Notes under the pieces: model-generated | What the model was told of the DNA's origin: nothing | Database searches by the model: none | Seen by the model: the letters and a program-made list of their open reading frames with translations, nothing else | Assembly (NCBI GenBank): GCA_949879855.1 | Contig: CATLBX010000002.1 | Coordinates: 1,448-65,447 of the forward strand | DNA from: an uncultured Coriobacteriia bacterium | GTDB taxonomy: Bacteria > Actinomycetota > Coriobacteriia > Coriobacteriales > QAMH01 | Direction: 5' to 3' | Length of the DNA: 64,000 bases | Shown: in pieces, positions 49,212-58,410 of the stretch | Numbering within the stretch: the first letter of the stretch is position 1 | How the letters are laid out: each line of letters opens with the position of its first letter | Translations under genes and position numbers: made by a program

Positions 49212-49460
49212 GCGCTCCTCCCAACTGACCTGGTTTTTGACCCCACACTCGCATACAGAAACTTTTGCCTGATACTATCTCACTACTCATTTTCTCGCCC
49301 GGGCCACCGTATGTGACCTTAACGGACGGTACGTCTTACCCCTAAGATGCGCCATGCTCACGTCCGGGAAACCCGCACGCTTACGTGGATCCTTTCGACC
49401 GCATCTGCCTTGGACTAGAGCCGTTTTACCAGCTCGCAACCACAGACTTGGGAGGAGCAC
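49212..49460 (-). ncRNA. raiA-motif RNA
   Basis: Closing stem GUGCUCCUCCCAA/UUGGGAGGAGCGC; in-order blocks UGUGGUUG, GAUCCACGUAAG, GAGCAUGG, CUUAG..GUAAG, GGCGAGA, AGUAGUGAGA, GCGAGUGUGGGGUCAA.ACCAGGUCA as recalled for raiA RNAs; TACACT -10 just upstream; PBP and hpf downstream. Confidence 0.88.
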
Positions 49461-49494
49461 ATCTAGTGTATCACGCAGCAGATAAACGCGTGCG

Positions 49495-51711
49495 CTAGAT
49501 TCTCCGCAAAACAAAACAATGGTGGACCTTGGCGTGACGCTCGAAATCCAACGGTATGGTCTTGTCGGTGATGTCCACGACCTGCACGCCCGCGCGTTCG
49601 ATCGTCTCCCGGTCGAGCTTGAATCCACGCAGATTACACGAGAAGACGGCGGCACCGCCACGGGTCAGCAGTCGGCTCACGCCGATGAGCAGTTCCGCGT
49701 GGTCGCGTTGCACGTCCCATCCGCGTTGGCGCATCTTCGCGGAATTCGAGAAGGTGGGCGGGTCGACGAAGATGAGGTCCCAGCGCATCTTGGTGTGCCG
49801 CGTCTGGGTGACCCACTCGACGCAATCGGCGCGCACGAACTCCTGATGGCCGTTCATGAGGCCGTTGAGCTCCATGTTGCGCTCGCCCCATTGCAGGTAG
49901 GTGTTCGAGAGGTCGACGCTCGTCGTGAACTTCGCCCCGCGTGCGGCTGCATAGACGCTGGCCGTGCAGGTGTAGGCGAAGAGGTTGAGGAAGCTCTTGC
50001 CCGCGGCGAGCTTGCCGACCAGCTCGCGCGTGTCGCGATGGTCGAGGAACAGGCCCGTGTCGAGATAGCTCGCGAGGTCCACCTCGAACAGCAGCCCGTT
50101 CTCCTGCGTAACAAGTGCCCCTGACCGGGCGAATGAGACAGATGTGTCTGACCAAACTGTCTCATTTCTTGCGTATTGCGAACCGCCCTTGGCCCGAACG
50201 CGACGCTTCACGAAGATGTCGTCCGCGGGAACATCGAGCACGACGCTCGCGATGTTGAGGGCATCGGTCATGCGGCGCGCGGCCTTGGCCGCATCGATGT
50301 TCTTGGGGGGCACGTACTCGGCAACGTGCACGAGCCGCCTGCCCGCATCCTTGCCCGCTCCCTCGTAGAGGTCGATGGCCATGTTGTAGTCGGGAAGGTC
50401 GGCATCGTAGATGCGAAAGGCCGAGACCTTGTTCTTGGCAGCCCATTTGCGGCGATGCTTGAAGACCTTGTTGAGGCGGTCGGCGAATTGCTGGGCTCCC
50501 GCGTCGTAAACCGCGATGTCGCAATCGCGCACACTCACCTGCGTCCGTTGCCCCGCGCTCGCATGCAGGTCGAAGAGCGCGATATCGCAGGGGGCAGAGC
50601 CGTTCATGCACGCAAAGCCCTCGCTGCGCTCCATGCCCAGATAGGCATCGGCATCTTGGCTACCCACGAGCATGACGGCCGCATCGAGCTGCTTGTAGCC
50701 AAGGAGCTGGCGTGCAAGCTGCGCATAGCATGCGGGCAACGTCGCCTCGGGAACCTCGGCGGTAACGAAGAGGCAGCTCGCGAACACGCCGCGAACATCA
50801 TGATGTCGTGCGAGCGCGGTATCTAGCGCGTTCTCGTCTGCCAGGAACTCGATGAGGGATGCCACGGCGGCGGCCTTGGCCCGGGCTTGCGCGCAGGCTA
50901 TCTCTCGTTCGCGCGCGTCCGTCGCGTATATCGCGACCGCGCGCCGCCCCTCTTGCGCACGGGCGTCGGCTGCATCGAGGGCGGCTTCCCAAAGCCCCTC
51001 GTCGTGACCGAACCACCCGGCAAAGCCCCAGTTGGAGCGCGTGATACCCGGAGCTATGTCGGCTGCTATCAAGGCGGCCTCGATGGCGAGGGTGCCGGCA
51101 GCGGCCATGCTATCCACGAGCACTTCGCCACGGCGCGCGCGTTCGGGCCAGCCGATTGCAAGCAGCATGCCCGCCGCAAGCGTCTCGTGCACGAACGGGG
51201 AGGTGCCTCGCGCGGCTTCGCGATAGCCGCGGTCCTCCAGCGACGTTCCCGACAGGTCGAGGTAGATGGTCGCGCGGTTGCCACGCAGGTTCACCTGGAT
51301 GCGCAGATCGGGATGCTGGGCGTCAACGTCCGGACGTTCGCCGCGCACGTCACGCAGCCGGTCGCAGATGGCGTCCTTCACGCGCAACGCCGTATAGCGG
51401 GTGTCGCGCAACTGGTCGTTGGTGCCACGGGCACTCACGGCGATGGTCGCCCCCACGGCGACGTAATCCTCCCAGGCAAGCTCGTGCACGCCCGCGTAGA
51501 TACTATCGGAATCCGACGCCTTGACGCGTTCGACCACCAGGAGGATGCGACTCGCGACACGCGACCACAGCAGGGCGGTGTAGATCTGCTCCAGGTTCGC
51601 CGTAAACGCGACACCACCGGTCAGGGGTCGAACCTCGTCCATTCCGAGGTCACGTAGCTCCTGACCGAGAATCGGCTCGAGCCCGCTGCCGCATGTCGCG
51701 AAGAGCTCCAT
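49495..51711 (-). CDS. rlmL: Bifunctional 23S rRNA methyltransferase RlmKL-like
   Basis: THUMP, YLDLSG, YRIYDADLPDY-like FRIYDADLPDY, YLDTGLFLDHR, LNLFAYT, DPPTFS. Confidence 0.92.
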   Translation of the reverse strand: MELFATCGSGLEPILGQELRDLGMDEVRPLTGGVAFTANLEQIYTALLWSRVASRILLVVERVKASDSDSIYAGVHELAWEDYVAVGATIAVSARGTNDQLRDTRYTALRVKDAICDRLRDVRGERPDVDAQHPDLRIQVNLRGNRATIYLDLSGTSLEDRGYREAARGTSPFVHETLAAGMLLAIGWPERARRGEVLVDSMAAAGTLAIEAALIAADIAPGITRSNWGFAGWFGHDEGLWEAALDAADARAQEGRRAVAIYATDAREREIACAQARAKAAAVASLIEFLADENALDTALARHHDVRGVFASCLFVTAEVPEATLPACYAQLARQLLGYKQLDAAVMLVGSQDADAYLGMERSEGFACMNGSAPCDIALFDLHASAGQRTQVSVRDCDIAVYDAGAQQFADRLNKVFKHRRKWAAKNKVSAFRIYDADLPDYNMAIDLYEGAGKDAGRRLVHVAEYVPPKNIDAAKAARRMTDALNIASVVLDVPADDIFVKRRVRAKGGSQYARNETVWSDTSVSFARSGALVTQENGLLFEVDLASYLDTGLFLDHRDTRELVGKLAAGKSFLNLFAYTCTASVYAAARGAKFTTSVDLSNTYLQWGERNMELNGLMNGHQEFVRADCVEWVTQTRHTKMRWDLIFVDPPTFSNSAKMRQRGWDVQRDHAELLIGVSRLLTRGGAAVFSCNLRGFKLDRETIERAGVQVVDITDKTIPLDFERHAKVHHCFVLRRI
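50132..50166. repeat. 35-bp REP variant A' inside the rlmKL CDS
   Basis: AATGAGACAGAT-GTGTCTGACCA-AACTGTCTCATT, read as NETVWSDTSVSF. Confidence 0.88.
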
Positions 51712-51725
51712 GGCACCGTGCTCGT

Positions 51726-52781
51726 CTAGTTCTTCGAGAAGAAGCCGTCGATGGGCGGGGGAGCGCCGTGCGAACGGCCGGAAGACCCCGGCATGTCGTT
51801 GTCATCGAAGAGGTCCGAGCCGCCGAAGAGGTCGTCGAACCGCTCGCAGCGTTCGTTGAAGCCGTCGGCGAGCGCCCAATCCAGACCGTAGTCGGCGCAG
51901 GTCTGCTCGTCTTCGTAAAGCAGCGCGAGCGCCTGGATGCTCATTTCCTCCCCGCCGACCACCTGCAGCAGTTCGTAGAGCTGATAGGCGGTTTCGGTCA
52001 TGGGGATGGTCACCTCGAGCTCTTCGGCGACGTCCAGCGCCACGTCGAGCATGTCGAGGAAGCTCGCGATGTCGATGGCCCCCGTGTAGTCATGACCGAG
52101 CACCTGCGGGATGTAGTCGACGAGCGCGCGGGAGCCACCCGAAGTCGAGGCAAGCACGTTGAGCGCGTTCTTCTCGGGAAAGCCCGCGATGTGCGCGAGC
52201 GAAATGGCCTCGACGGCGCCCATGAGCGACCCGGCCAGCGCGATGATGCTGATCATGGCCGCGAACTGTCCGTCGCCCGCCGCCTCCTGCGGCATGATGC
52301 GGGGCGCGAGGAACGGGAACAGCGGCGAAAGGGTCTCCTGCGCCTGCGGGTCGCCACCCACGAAGGCCACGGGCTGCTCGTGCTCGCCCACGCAGACGAT
52401 GGGGGCGTCGAGCACCTCGATGTCGGAGACGGCGGCAACCGCCTGGATCTCGCGGGCGAGACGCGGGCTCGATATGCTCAGGTCGATGCAGAAGGTACCC
52501 GGATCCATGAGTTCGAGCAGGCCCTCGTCGCCCAGGTACAGGTTCTCCACGTCGGCCGTGGTGCGCAACGAGGTGATGACGACCTGACTGCCGAGCAGGG
52601 CCTCCATGCGGTCATCGACGAAGACCACGCCCGCATCGCGCAGAGCAGGAGCCTCGCGCGGGTCGTGGCTCGCGACGACGACGTCGTAACCCGCCATCTT
52701 GAGCCTGACGATTGCCTCGACGGCGGCTGGCTGCGCCGCGCCGCCAAAGAACGTGATGCGCGTGTCGAGCGGACTTAACAT
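51726..52781 (-). CDS. Divergent beta-hydroxyacid dehydrogenase (6PGD/HIBADH-like) family protein
   Basis: VVITSL, IDLSISSP, LDAPIV, VGGD; lacks GxGxxG. Confidence 0.7.
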   Translation of the reverse strand: MLSPLDTRITFFGGAAQPAAVEAIVRLKMAGYDVVVASHDPREAPALRDAGVVFVDDRMEALLGSQVVITSLRTTADVENLYLGDEGLLELMDPGTFCIDLSISSPRLAREIQAVAAVSDIEVLDAPIVCVGEHEQPVAFVGGDPQAQETLSPLFPFLAPRIMPQEAAGDGQFAAMISIIALAGSLMGAVEAISLAHIAGFPEKNALNVLASTSGGSRALVDYIPQVLGHDYTGAIDIASFLDMLDVALDVAEELEVTIPMTETAYQLYELLQVVGGEEMSIQALALLYEDEQTCADYGLDWALADGFNERCERFDDLFGGSDLFDDNDMPGSSGRSHGAPPPIDGFFSKN

Positions 52782-52784
52782 CGA

Positions 52785-53726
52785 CTACTCCCCACTGTTT
52801 ATCTTGTTTGCGATGCGATCGGCGATGGAAATCTTCTCGCGGCGGTCATCGCCCCAGAACACGACCGCGACCATACCCGGACCGACGTGTGAGCCGATGA
52901 CGGGGCCAATCTGGCTGCGGATGGCGGGGATGGCGCCATCGGGACGGTCGAGGTGCTCCTCGACCCACTTGACGTCACCGTCGGCATCGGCCGAAGCCGT
53001 GAGCACGACGCCATTTGACCCGTGCCCCTCGGCATGGTTCTCGTCATAGCACTTGACCAGGGCCTTGAGGGACTTCTTGCGGCCGCGGGCGACGCCCGTG
53101 AGCGAGAGGGCTCCGTCGAGGTCGAAGGCGAGCAGCGGCTTGATGTTGAGCTTCGCGCCGATGGTGGCAGCAGCTGCCGGAATGCGACCGCCCCTGCGCA
53201 GGTACTCGAGCTCGTCGACGGTGAACAGGCAGTTCACGAACCAGCGCGCCTCCTCGGCCCACGCCGCGAGCTGCTTGGCCGAAAGGCCGCGGTTACGCTG
53301 GTTGATGGCCTCGTAGGCGAGCAGACCCTCGGCAATCGACGCGAGCTTGGTGTCGATCACGTATATCTCGAAGTCGGGGTACTGCTCCCTGATATCTGCG
53401 ACAACCTGCTCGACGAGGCCGAAGGTGCCGGAAAGCGCGGAGCTGAAGCCGAGGTACACCGTGGGCGTGCCCTCCTTGGCGTAGGCTTCGAAGCGCTCGG
53501 TGATTTCGGAGACGGGGACCTGCGCCGTGCCCGAGACCTCGCCCTTGCGCATGCGGTCGTAGAACTCCTTGGCGGACATGCTCTTCCACATGTCGTCGAA
53601 GTGCTCGCCGTCGTTCATGTTGAACGGAAACTCCAGGAAGTCCACCTTGGCGTTCTCGAGTATCTCGAGGGGTAGGTCACAACATGAGTCGAGAACCAAG
53701 CGGCACTGAATCTTATCTTCTGGCAT
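52785..53726 (-). CDS. DegV family fatty-acid-binding protein
   Basis: LDSCCDLP, GTAQ, FSSALSGT, YLRRGGRI, GPVIGSHVGPG. Confidence 0.95.
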   Translation of the reverse strand: MPEDKIQCRLVLDSCCDLPLEILENAKVDFLEFPFNMNDGEHFDDMWKSMSAKEFYDRMRKGEVSGTAQVPVSEITERFEAYAKEGTPTVYLGFSSALSGTFGLVEQVVADIREQYPDFEIYVIDTKLASIAEGLLAYEAINQRNRGLSAKQLAAWAEEARWFVNCLFTVDELEYLRRGGRIPAAAATIGAKLNIKPLLAFDLDGALSLTGVARGRKKSLKALVKCYDENHAEGHGSNGVVLTASADADGDVKWVEEHLDRPDGAIPAIRSQIGPVIGSHVGPGMVAVVFWGDDRREKISIADRIANKINSGE

Positions 53727-53753
53727 TACCTGTCTCCTTCTTCTGACCGGGTA

Positions 53754-53786
53754 AATGAGACAAATACACAGGGTATTTGTCTCATT
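53754..53786. repeat. Family A REP between the pncB stop and DegV
   Basis: Perfect copy, 2 nt from the pncB stop. Confidence 0.95.
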
Positions 53787-53788
53787 AG

Positions 53789-55249
53789 CTAATCGTACAG
53801 CGAGCTGTTTCTGCCCGTGGCGATAACCATGTCGTTGCGCCTCTGGAAGAGGCCGCGCTCGATGCCGCAAGGGTATTCGTGCGGGTTCATGAAACGCTTG
53901 ATCGAATCGTCCAGAATCGCGAGCTGCCCGATACATCTCTCGCGCGCGCTTTGGGCCGAGAGGTCGACGTCGTTGACCCTGCCGTCGCTCACGAGCGGCT
54001 TGAGCAGTGTCTCGAAGCATCCCTCCACCTTCTTGCGGCGCGTCGCATCGAGCGGGTCGACCATGATGGCGTCCGCGGGCACGTCGTCGTTCACATCGAT
54101 GATGAGATCGCCGGCCAGTCGCCCGTCGGCATTGAAGTAGCGGCGCACGTCGAGCACGCCGGGGATGGTGCGCTTGTAGAGCTGCTCGGAAATCTTGAGG
54201 CGTGGGCTCCATTCGTCTTGCCCCGGCTCGCGAATGGCCGAGAGCTTGTAGACGCCGCCGAGGGCCGGCTGGCCATAGGCGGCTGCCAGGTGCGTGCCCA
54301 CGCCGAGGGACGTGTACTGGGCCTTCTGGTCGTTGAGCGACATGATCGTGTACTCGTCCAGGTCGTTGGAGAGCACGATGCCCACGTCGGGAAAACCGGC
54401 GCGGTCAAGCATGGAACGCGCCATCTTGGAGAGCCAGGCGAGGTCGCCCGAGTCGATGCGAACGGCCTGGAGCCTGTGGCCGTTTTGCGCGAGCTCGCGG
54501 GCGACGATAATGGCGTTGCTCACGCCCTGCCTGACGTCATAGGTGTCCACGAGCAGCGTGCAGTTGTCGGGCATCTCGGCCGCATACGCCCTGAAGGCGG
54601 TGAGCTCGTCGGGAAACGACATGACCCACGAATGCGCATGGGTGCCGCCAACGGGAATGCCGTAGCGCTTGCCCGCGAGCACGTTGGCCACCGAGGCGCA
54701 TCCGCCCACGTAGGCGGCACGCGACGCCGACATCGCGCCATCGGGGCCTTGGGCGCGGCGCAGGCCGAACTCGGAGACGGGGCGTCCCTCGGCCGCCTTG
54801 CAGATGCGCGCGGCCTTGGTCGCGATAAGCGTCTGGAAGTTGATGCCGTTGAGGATGGCCGGCTCGAGCAACTGGCATTGCAGTAGCGGGCCGGTCACGC
54901 GCACGAGCGGCTCACGCGGGAAAACGGGAGAGCCCTCCGGCACAGCGCATATGTCGACCGACAGCTCGAGCTGGCGCAGCCAGGTGAGGAAGCCGGGATC
55001 GAAAAGAGGCGTCTTTGCCGCGGTGGTCAGGGACGCGAGGTATTCGATGTCGTCATCGGTGAAGCCAAAGCCGTCGACGAGCTCGGCGATCTGGTTGGCG
55101 CCGCAGAAGACGCCGTATCCTCCCCCGAAGGGGTTGTCGCGATAGAACGAATAGAAGCACGCCTCGGTGTCGAGCTTGCCCTGCGACCAATAGCCCTGGG
55201 CCATCGTGATCTCGTAGAGATCGGTCAGCAGCGTCATATTGCGTGCCAT
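53789..55249 (-). CDS. pncB: Nicotinate phosphoribosyltransferase
   Basis: LLTDLYEITM, EFGLRRAQG, GTHAHS, LLVDTYD, RIDSGD, SNDLDE, GGVYKL. Confidence 0.96.
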   Translation of the reverse strand: MARNMTLLTDLYEITMAQGYWSQGKLDTEACFYSFYRDNPFGGGYGVFCGANQIAELVDGFGFTDDDIEYLASLTTAAKTPLFDPGFLTWLRQLELSVDICAVPEGSPVFPREPLVRVTGPLLQCQLLEPAILNGINFQTLIATKAARICKAAEGRPVSEFGLRRAQGPDGAMSASRAAYVGGCASVANVLAGKRYGIPVGGTHAHSWVMSFPDELTAFRAYAAEMPDNCTLLVDTYDVRQGVSNAIIVARELAQNGHRLQAVRIDSGDLAWLSKMARSMLDRAGFPDVGIVLSNDLDEYTIMSLNDQKAQYTSLGVGTHLAAAYGQPALGGVYKLSAIREPGQDEWSPRLKISEQLYKRTIPGVLDVRRYFNADGRLAGDLIIDVNDDVPADAIMVDPLDATRRKKVEGCFETLLKPLVSDGRVNDVDLSAQSARERCIGQLAILDDSIKRFMNPHEYPCGIERGLFQRRNDMVIATGRNSSLYD

Positions 55250-55272
55250 GTGCTTCTCCTGCCCTGCGCGGA

Positions 55273-56751
55273 TTACTCGCTCGCCTTGCCCTCGCCCGGC
55301 TTGCCCGAACCGTTGCCGTTGCCTGTGCCACCGCGACGCCTGCGACGGCGCGGCTTGCTACCTGAACCATTCGAACCGTTCGAGCCGTTGCCCTGGGACG
55401 CGTTTCCGCTCACGGTCGACGAATGCTGACCGGGACGCGGACGCGACGACCCCTGGCTCTTGCCCTGCGCGTTGTCCTTGTTCTGCGTGCCCTGTCCGCC
55501 CTGTCGCGGCTTGCCGCTCGAGCGCCTGCGGCGGTTGCGCGAACGGCTACCGTTACCGGAGGATTGGCCGTCCCTGGAATCATCCGCCTTTTTCCGCGCG
55601 GAATCATCGTGCTTGATTTCGCTGCCGTCGGTCGCGGAGACGGAACGACGGCGCTTGCGCTCGTCACGGGGCTTGGGCTCCGACGACGAGGAGGCACCGC
55701 GCTTGCGTGGCTTGCGCCCCGAATCTCCCGACGAACCGCGGGACGAGGAACCCGAGGAGCCGCGCTTGCGGCGGTGGACGCGCTCGAGGGAGCCGCCCTC
55801 GGCCGTGGCATCGGCAAGGTTGGGATCATCGGAGAACAGCTTCTCGCCCATCATGGCAAGATTGCTGTCGTTGCTCAGCTCCTCCATGATCTTGTCGAAG
55901 TTCTCCTGGGAGATATGGCAGGGGCGAATGCGCTCGCCCTCGCGGGGAACCTTGTCGCCCGTATCGAGGGACGAAACGGGAAGGATGAGGCTCGAGCCGT
56001 CCTCCATGCGCAGGCGCACGGTCTCGCGCGGCGTGTCGAACTCGACGACCTTGCCCATGCCGGCCGGCGTGTCGATGAGGGCGTTCTTCTTGGGAGCGCG
56101 TCCCTTGAAGTCCTTGTAGGCCTCGTATTCGTAGCGTAGGCAGCACATGAGCCTGCCGCACAGGCCCGAAATCTTGGTGGGGTTGAGCGGAAGGTCCTGC
56201 TCCTTGGCCATGCGTATGCTCACCGGCTGGAACTCCCCGCCCAGACGCGCGCAGCACAGCTCCTCGCCGCAATGGCCCAGACCGCCGAGCATGCGGGCCT
56301 CGTCACGCGGGCCTATCTGGCGCATGTCCACGCGCGTGTGGAACTCGGCCGCGAGGTCGCGCACGAGCCCGCGGAAGTCCACGCGTTCGTCCGAGGTGAA
56401 GTAGAACGTCGCATGGGACTCGTCGAACGAGAACTCGACCGCCGAAGGGCTCATGTCGAGGTGATTCTTCTCGACGAGGTCGTGGAAGATGGCAAGCGCC
56501 TCCTGGTCACGCGCGGCTATCTCATCGCTCTTCGCGAGGTCCTCCTCGGTCGCGATGCGCACGACCGGCTTGAGCGGTTTGGTGACCTCGGCTTCGTCGA
56601 CCTCGGTGACGTCATGGGTACACAGGCCGATTTCGGTACCCTTGCTCGTCTCGACCAGCACGTGGTCACCCGCCTTCAACTCGAGGCCGGCGGGATCGAA
56701 CCAATAGTCCTGGGACGCGTAGCGAAGTCGAACGGACGCTACTAATGGCAT
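55273..56751 (-). CDS. ricT: PSP1/RicT (YaaT) family protein with long R/S/G-rich tail
   Basis: FYFTSDERVDFR, GHCGEELCC, KISGLCGRLMCCLRYE. Confidence 0.9.
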   Translation of the reverse strand: MPLVASVRLRYASQDYWFDPAGLELKAGDHVLVETSKGTEIGLCTHDVTEVDEAEVTKPLKPVVRIATEEDLAKSDEIAARDQEALAIFHDLVEKNHLDMSPSAVEFSFDESHATFYFTSDERVDFRGLVRDLAAEFHTRVDMRQIGPRDEARMLGGLGHCGEELCCARLGGEFQPVSIRMAKEQDLPLNPTKISGLCGRLMCCLRYEYEAYKDFKGRAPKKNALIDTPAGMGKVVEFDTPRETVRLRMEDGSSLILPVSSLDTGDKVPREGERIRPCHISQENFDKIMEELSNDSNLAMMGEKLFSDDPNLADATAEGGSLERVHRRKRGSSGSSSRGSSGDSGRKPRKRGASSSSEPKPRDERKRRRSVSATDGSEIKHDDSARKKADDSRDGQSSGNGSRSRNRRRRSSGKPRQGGQGTQNKDNAQGKSQGSSRPRPGQHSSTVSGNASQGNGSNGSNGSGSKPRRRRRRGGTGNGNGSGKPGEGKASE

Positions 56752-57746
56752 AAAGCCTCCCTGATTTCCAAGAACATTGCGTCAATGGCAAGTTGTGGTG
56801 TCACATTATACGAGATGCGCGCAGAAGCCCCCTTGACGGCATCGAGCGCATCTATCAGCCCGGATACGCGCGTGGTCTGCGCCACCCGGGAAGTCTGGTC
56901 GGCACATTCGGGATACGAAAGCAGCTCCGAGCTTCCCTCGCGCGTGACAAGACAGTCGCGCAACCAGGCCCGCGAAAGCGCGCAGAACTCGAAGAGGGCC
57001 GCACGCTCGTGCGCCGTCGCCTCGCGCTTGCCCGCGAGCTCGATCTGCTTCTTGGCTCCCTGCGAGAGGTAGTCGTCGTACTTCTCGATGTAGGCCTCGG
57101 CATCGAGCCCGTCATCGTCCATGGCGGCGGCCCGTTCGCGCGCGAGCTCGACGAAGCGCTTGGAGTTGCCCAGCAGCGTGCGGTTGTCGCAGTTGCGGGA
57201 AAGGGCGTAGAGCATATCGAAGACCTGCGCGTTTCCGGCGCGCACACCCGATGCTGCGTTGAGAACGAGTACCTCGCAACGGCTGCGAAGGGTCTCGAGC
57301 ACGGCGGACTCGCTCTTGGCCACGAGTATGCAGGTGACGTTGAGCGGCGGTTCCTCGAGGGTCTTGAGAAACGCATTGGCCGGAGCACCCGACAGACGAT
57401 GGGCATCCTGGATGACGTAGACCTTGTTCGTGGCGCGAATGGGAGCGAGCTCGGCATCATGGGTGAGCTCGCGAACCTGCTCGACGAGGTAGCCGTCGGC
57501 GCCACCGGGCGTGTAGACGTGCAGGTCGGGATGGACGCGACGCAGGGCCTCGTCTTGCACCTGCGCATCGCCATGGGCGATGAGACCGGCCGCGAAGCGC
57601 AGCGCGATATCGGCGCCAAGGCCCTCATCACCGCCCGCAATGAGGTAGGCGTGCGTGGCGCTGCCCGTGTCGTGCACGTGCTGCAGGTACGACGTGACCT
57701 GGTCCTGTCCGACGATTCCCTCGAAGAGACTACTCATCGCGACCAC
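56742..57746 (-). CDS. holB: DNA polymerase III delta' subunit
   Basis: HAYL, HPDL, ANAFLKTLEEPP, TLRSRC; tmk-holB-ricT synteny. Confidence 0.9.
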   Translation of the reverse strand: MVAMSSLFEGIVGQDQVTSYLQHVHDTGSATHAYLIAGGDEGLGADIALRFAAGLIAHGDAQVQDEALRRVHPDLHVYTPGGADGYLVEQVRELTHDAELAPIRATNKVYVIQDAHRLSGAPANAFLKTLEEPPLNVTCILVAKSESAVLETLRSRCEVLVLNAASGVRAGNAQVFDMLYALSRNCDNRTLLGNSKRFVELARERAAAMDDDGLDAEAYIEKYDDYLSQGAKKQIELAGKREATAHERAALFEFCALSRAWLRDCLVTREGSSELLSYPECADQTSRVAQTTRVSGLIDALDAVKGASARISYNVTPQLAIDAMFLEIREALCH

Positions 57747-58392
57747 CCAGCAAGTCGGCGATGTCGGCGCAGATGCGCTCGTGCACCTGCGCGACGCTTC
57801 CGTTGGCGTCGATGACGTGCACGCGCTGCGGCTCGGCGGTGGCTATCTCGTCGAAGCCCGCTCGCAAACGCGCGCGAAACGCGTCACCGGCGGATTCCAT
57901 GCGATCTCCCGTGCCATCGGTCGAGCGGCCCTCGACCCGTTCCCGTGCCACGTCCGGATCGAGCGCGAGCAACAGGGTTCGCGTGGGATAACGGCCGCCG
58001 CAGGCCAGGTCGTTCGTCGCGCGGACGAGCTCGGCGCCCAGCTCGCGCCCGTAGCCCTGGTAGGCCAGGGTCGAGTCGGTGAAGCGATCGCAGACGACGA
58101 CCTCTCCGCGGGCGAGCGCCGGCTCGATGACCTCGCTCATCACCTGGGCGCGGGCCGCCTCGAAGAGCAGGAGCTCGGCGAGGGGCGCCATGGCGTCATC
58201 GTCCTTGTCCAGAAGCAGCGTGCGGATCTTCTCGCCCAGGCGCGTGCCGCCGGGCTCGTGCACACGTAACACCCCATGGCCCCGTTTTTCGAGCCAGGCG
58301 GCGAGGAGGTCGGCCTGCGTCGACTTGCCGACGCCATCGTCACCTTCGAGCGTGAGGAACAGGCCCTCGTTGCTATCTGATTTGCCATCCAT
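57730..58392 (-). CDS. tmk: Thymidylate kinase
   Basis: LEGDDGVGKSTQ, EPGGT, CDRFTDSTLAYQG. Confidence 0.96.
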   Translation of the reverse strand: MDGKSDSNEGLFLTLEGDDGVGKSTQADLLAAWLEKRGHGVLRVHEPGGTRLGEKIRTLLLDKDDDAMAPLAELLLFEAARAQVMSEVIEPALARGEVVVCDRFTDSTLAYQGYGRELGAELVRATNDLACGGRYPTRTLLLALDPDVARERVEGRSTDGTGDRMESAGDAFRARLRAGFDEIATAEPQRVHVIDANGSVAQVHERICADIADLLGGRDE

Positions 58393-58410
58393 GCGGATAT
58401 GGTGCTCCGT

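Noticed and set aside
52785-54212. N-terminally extended ORFs that read through REPs (DegV 475 aa, fabZ 236 aa, RAYT from 61821, hypB from 63352, TSUP from 44953)
   Set aside because: The extensions come from the REP's open frames; the domain starts and RBSs lie downstream of the repeat
56742-57746. Degenerate Walker A and missing zinc finger in HolB
   Set aside because: The delta' subunit is normally ATPase-inactive and variable in these regions
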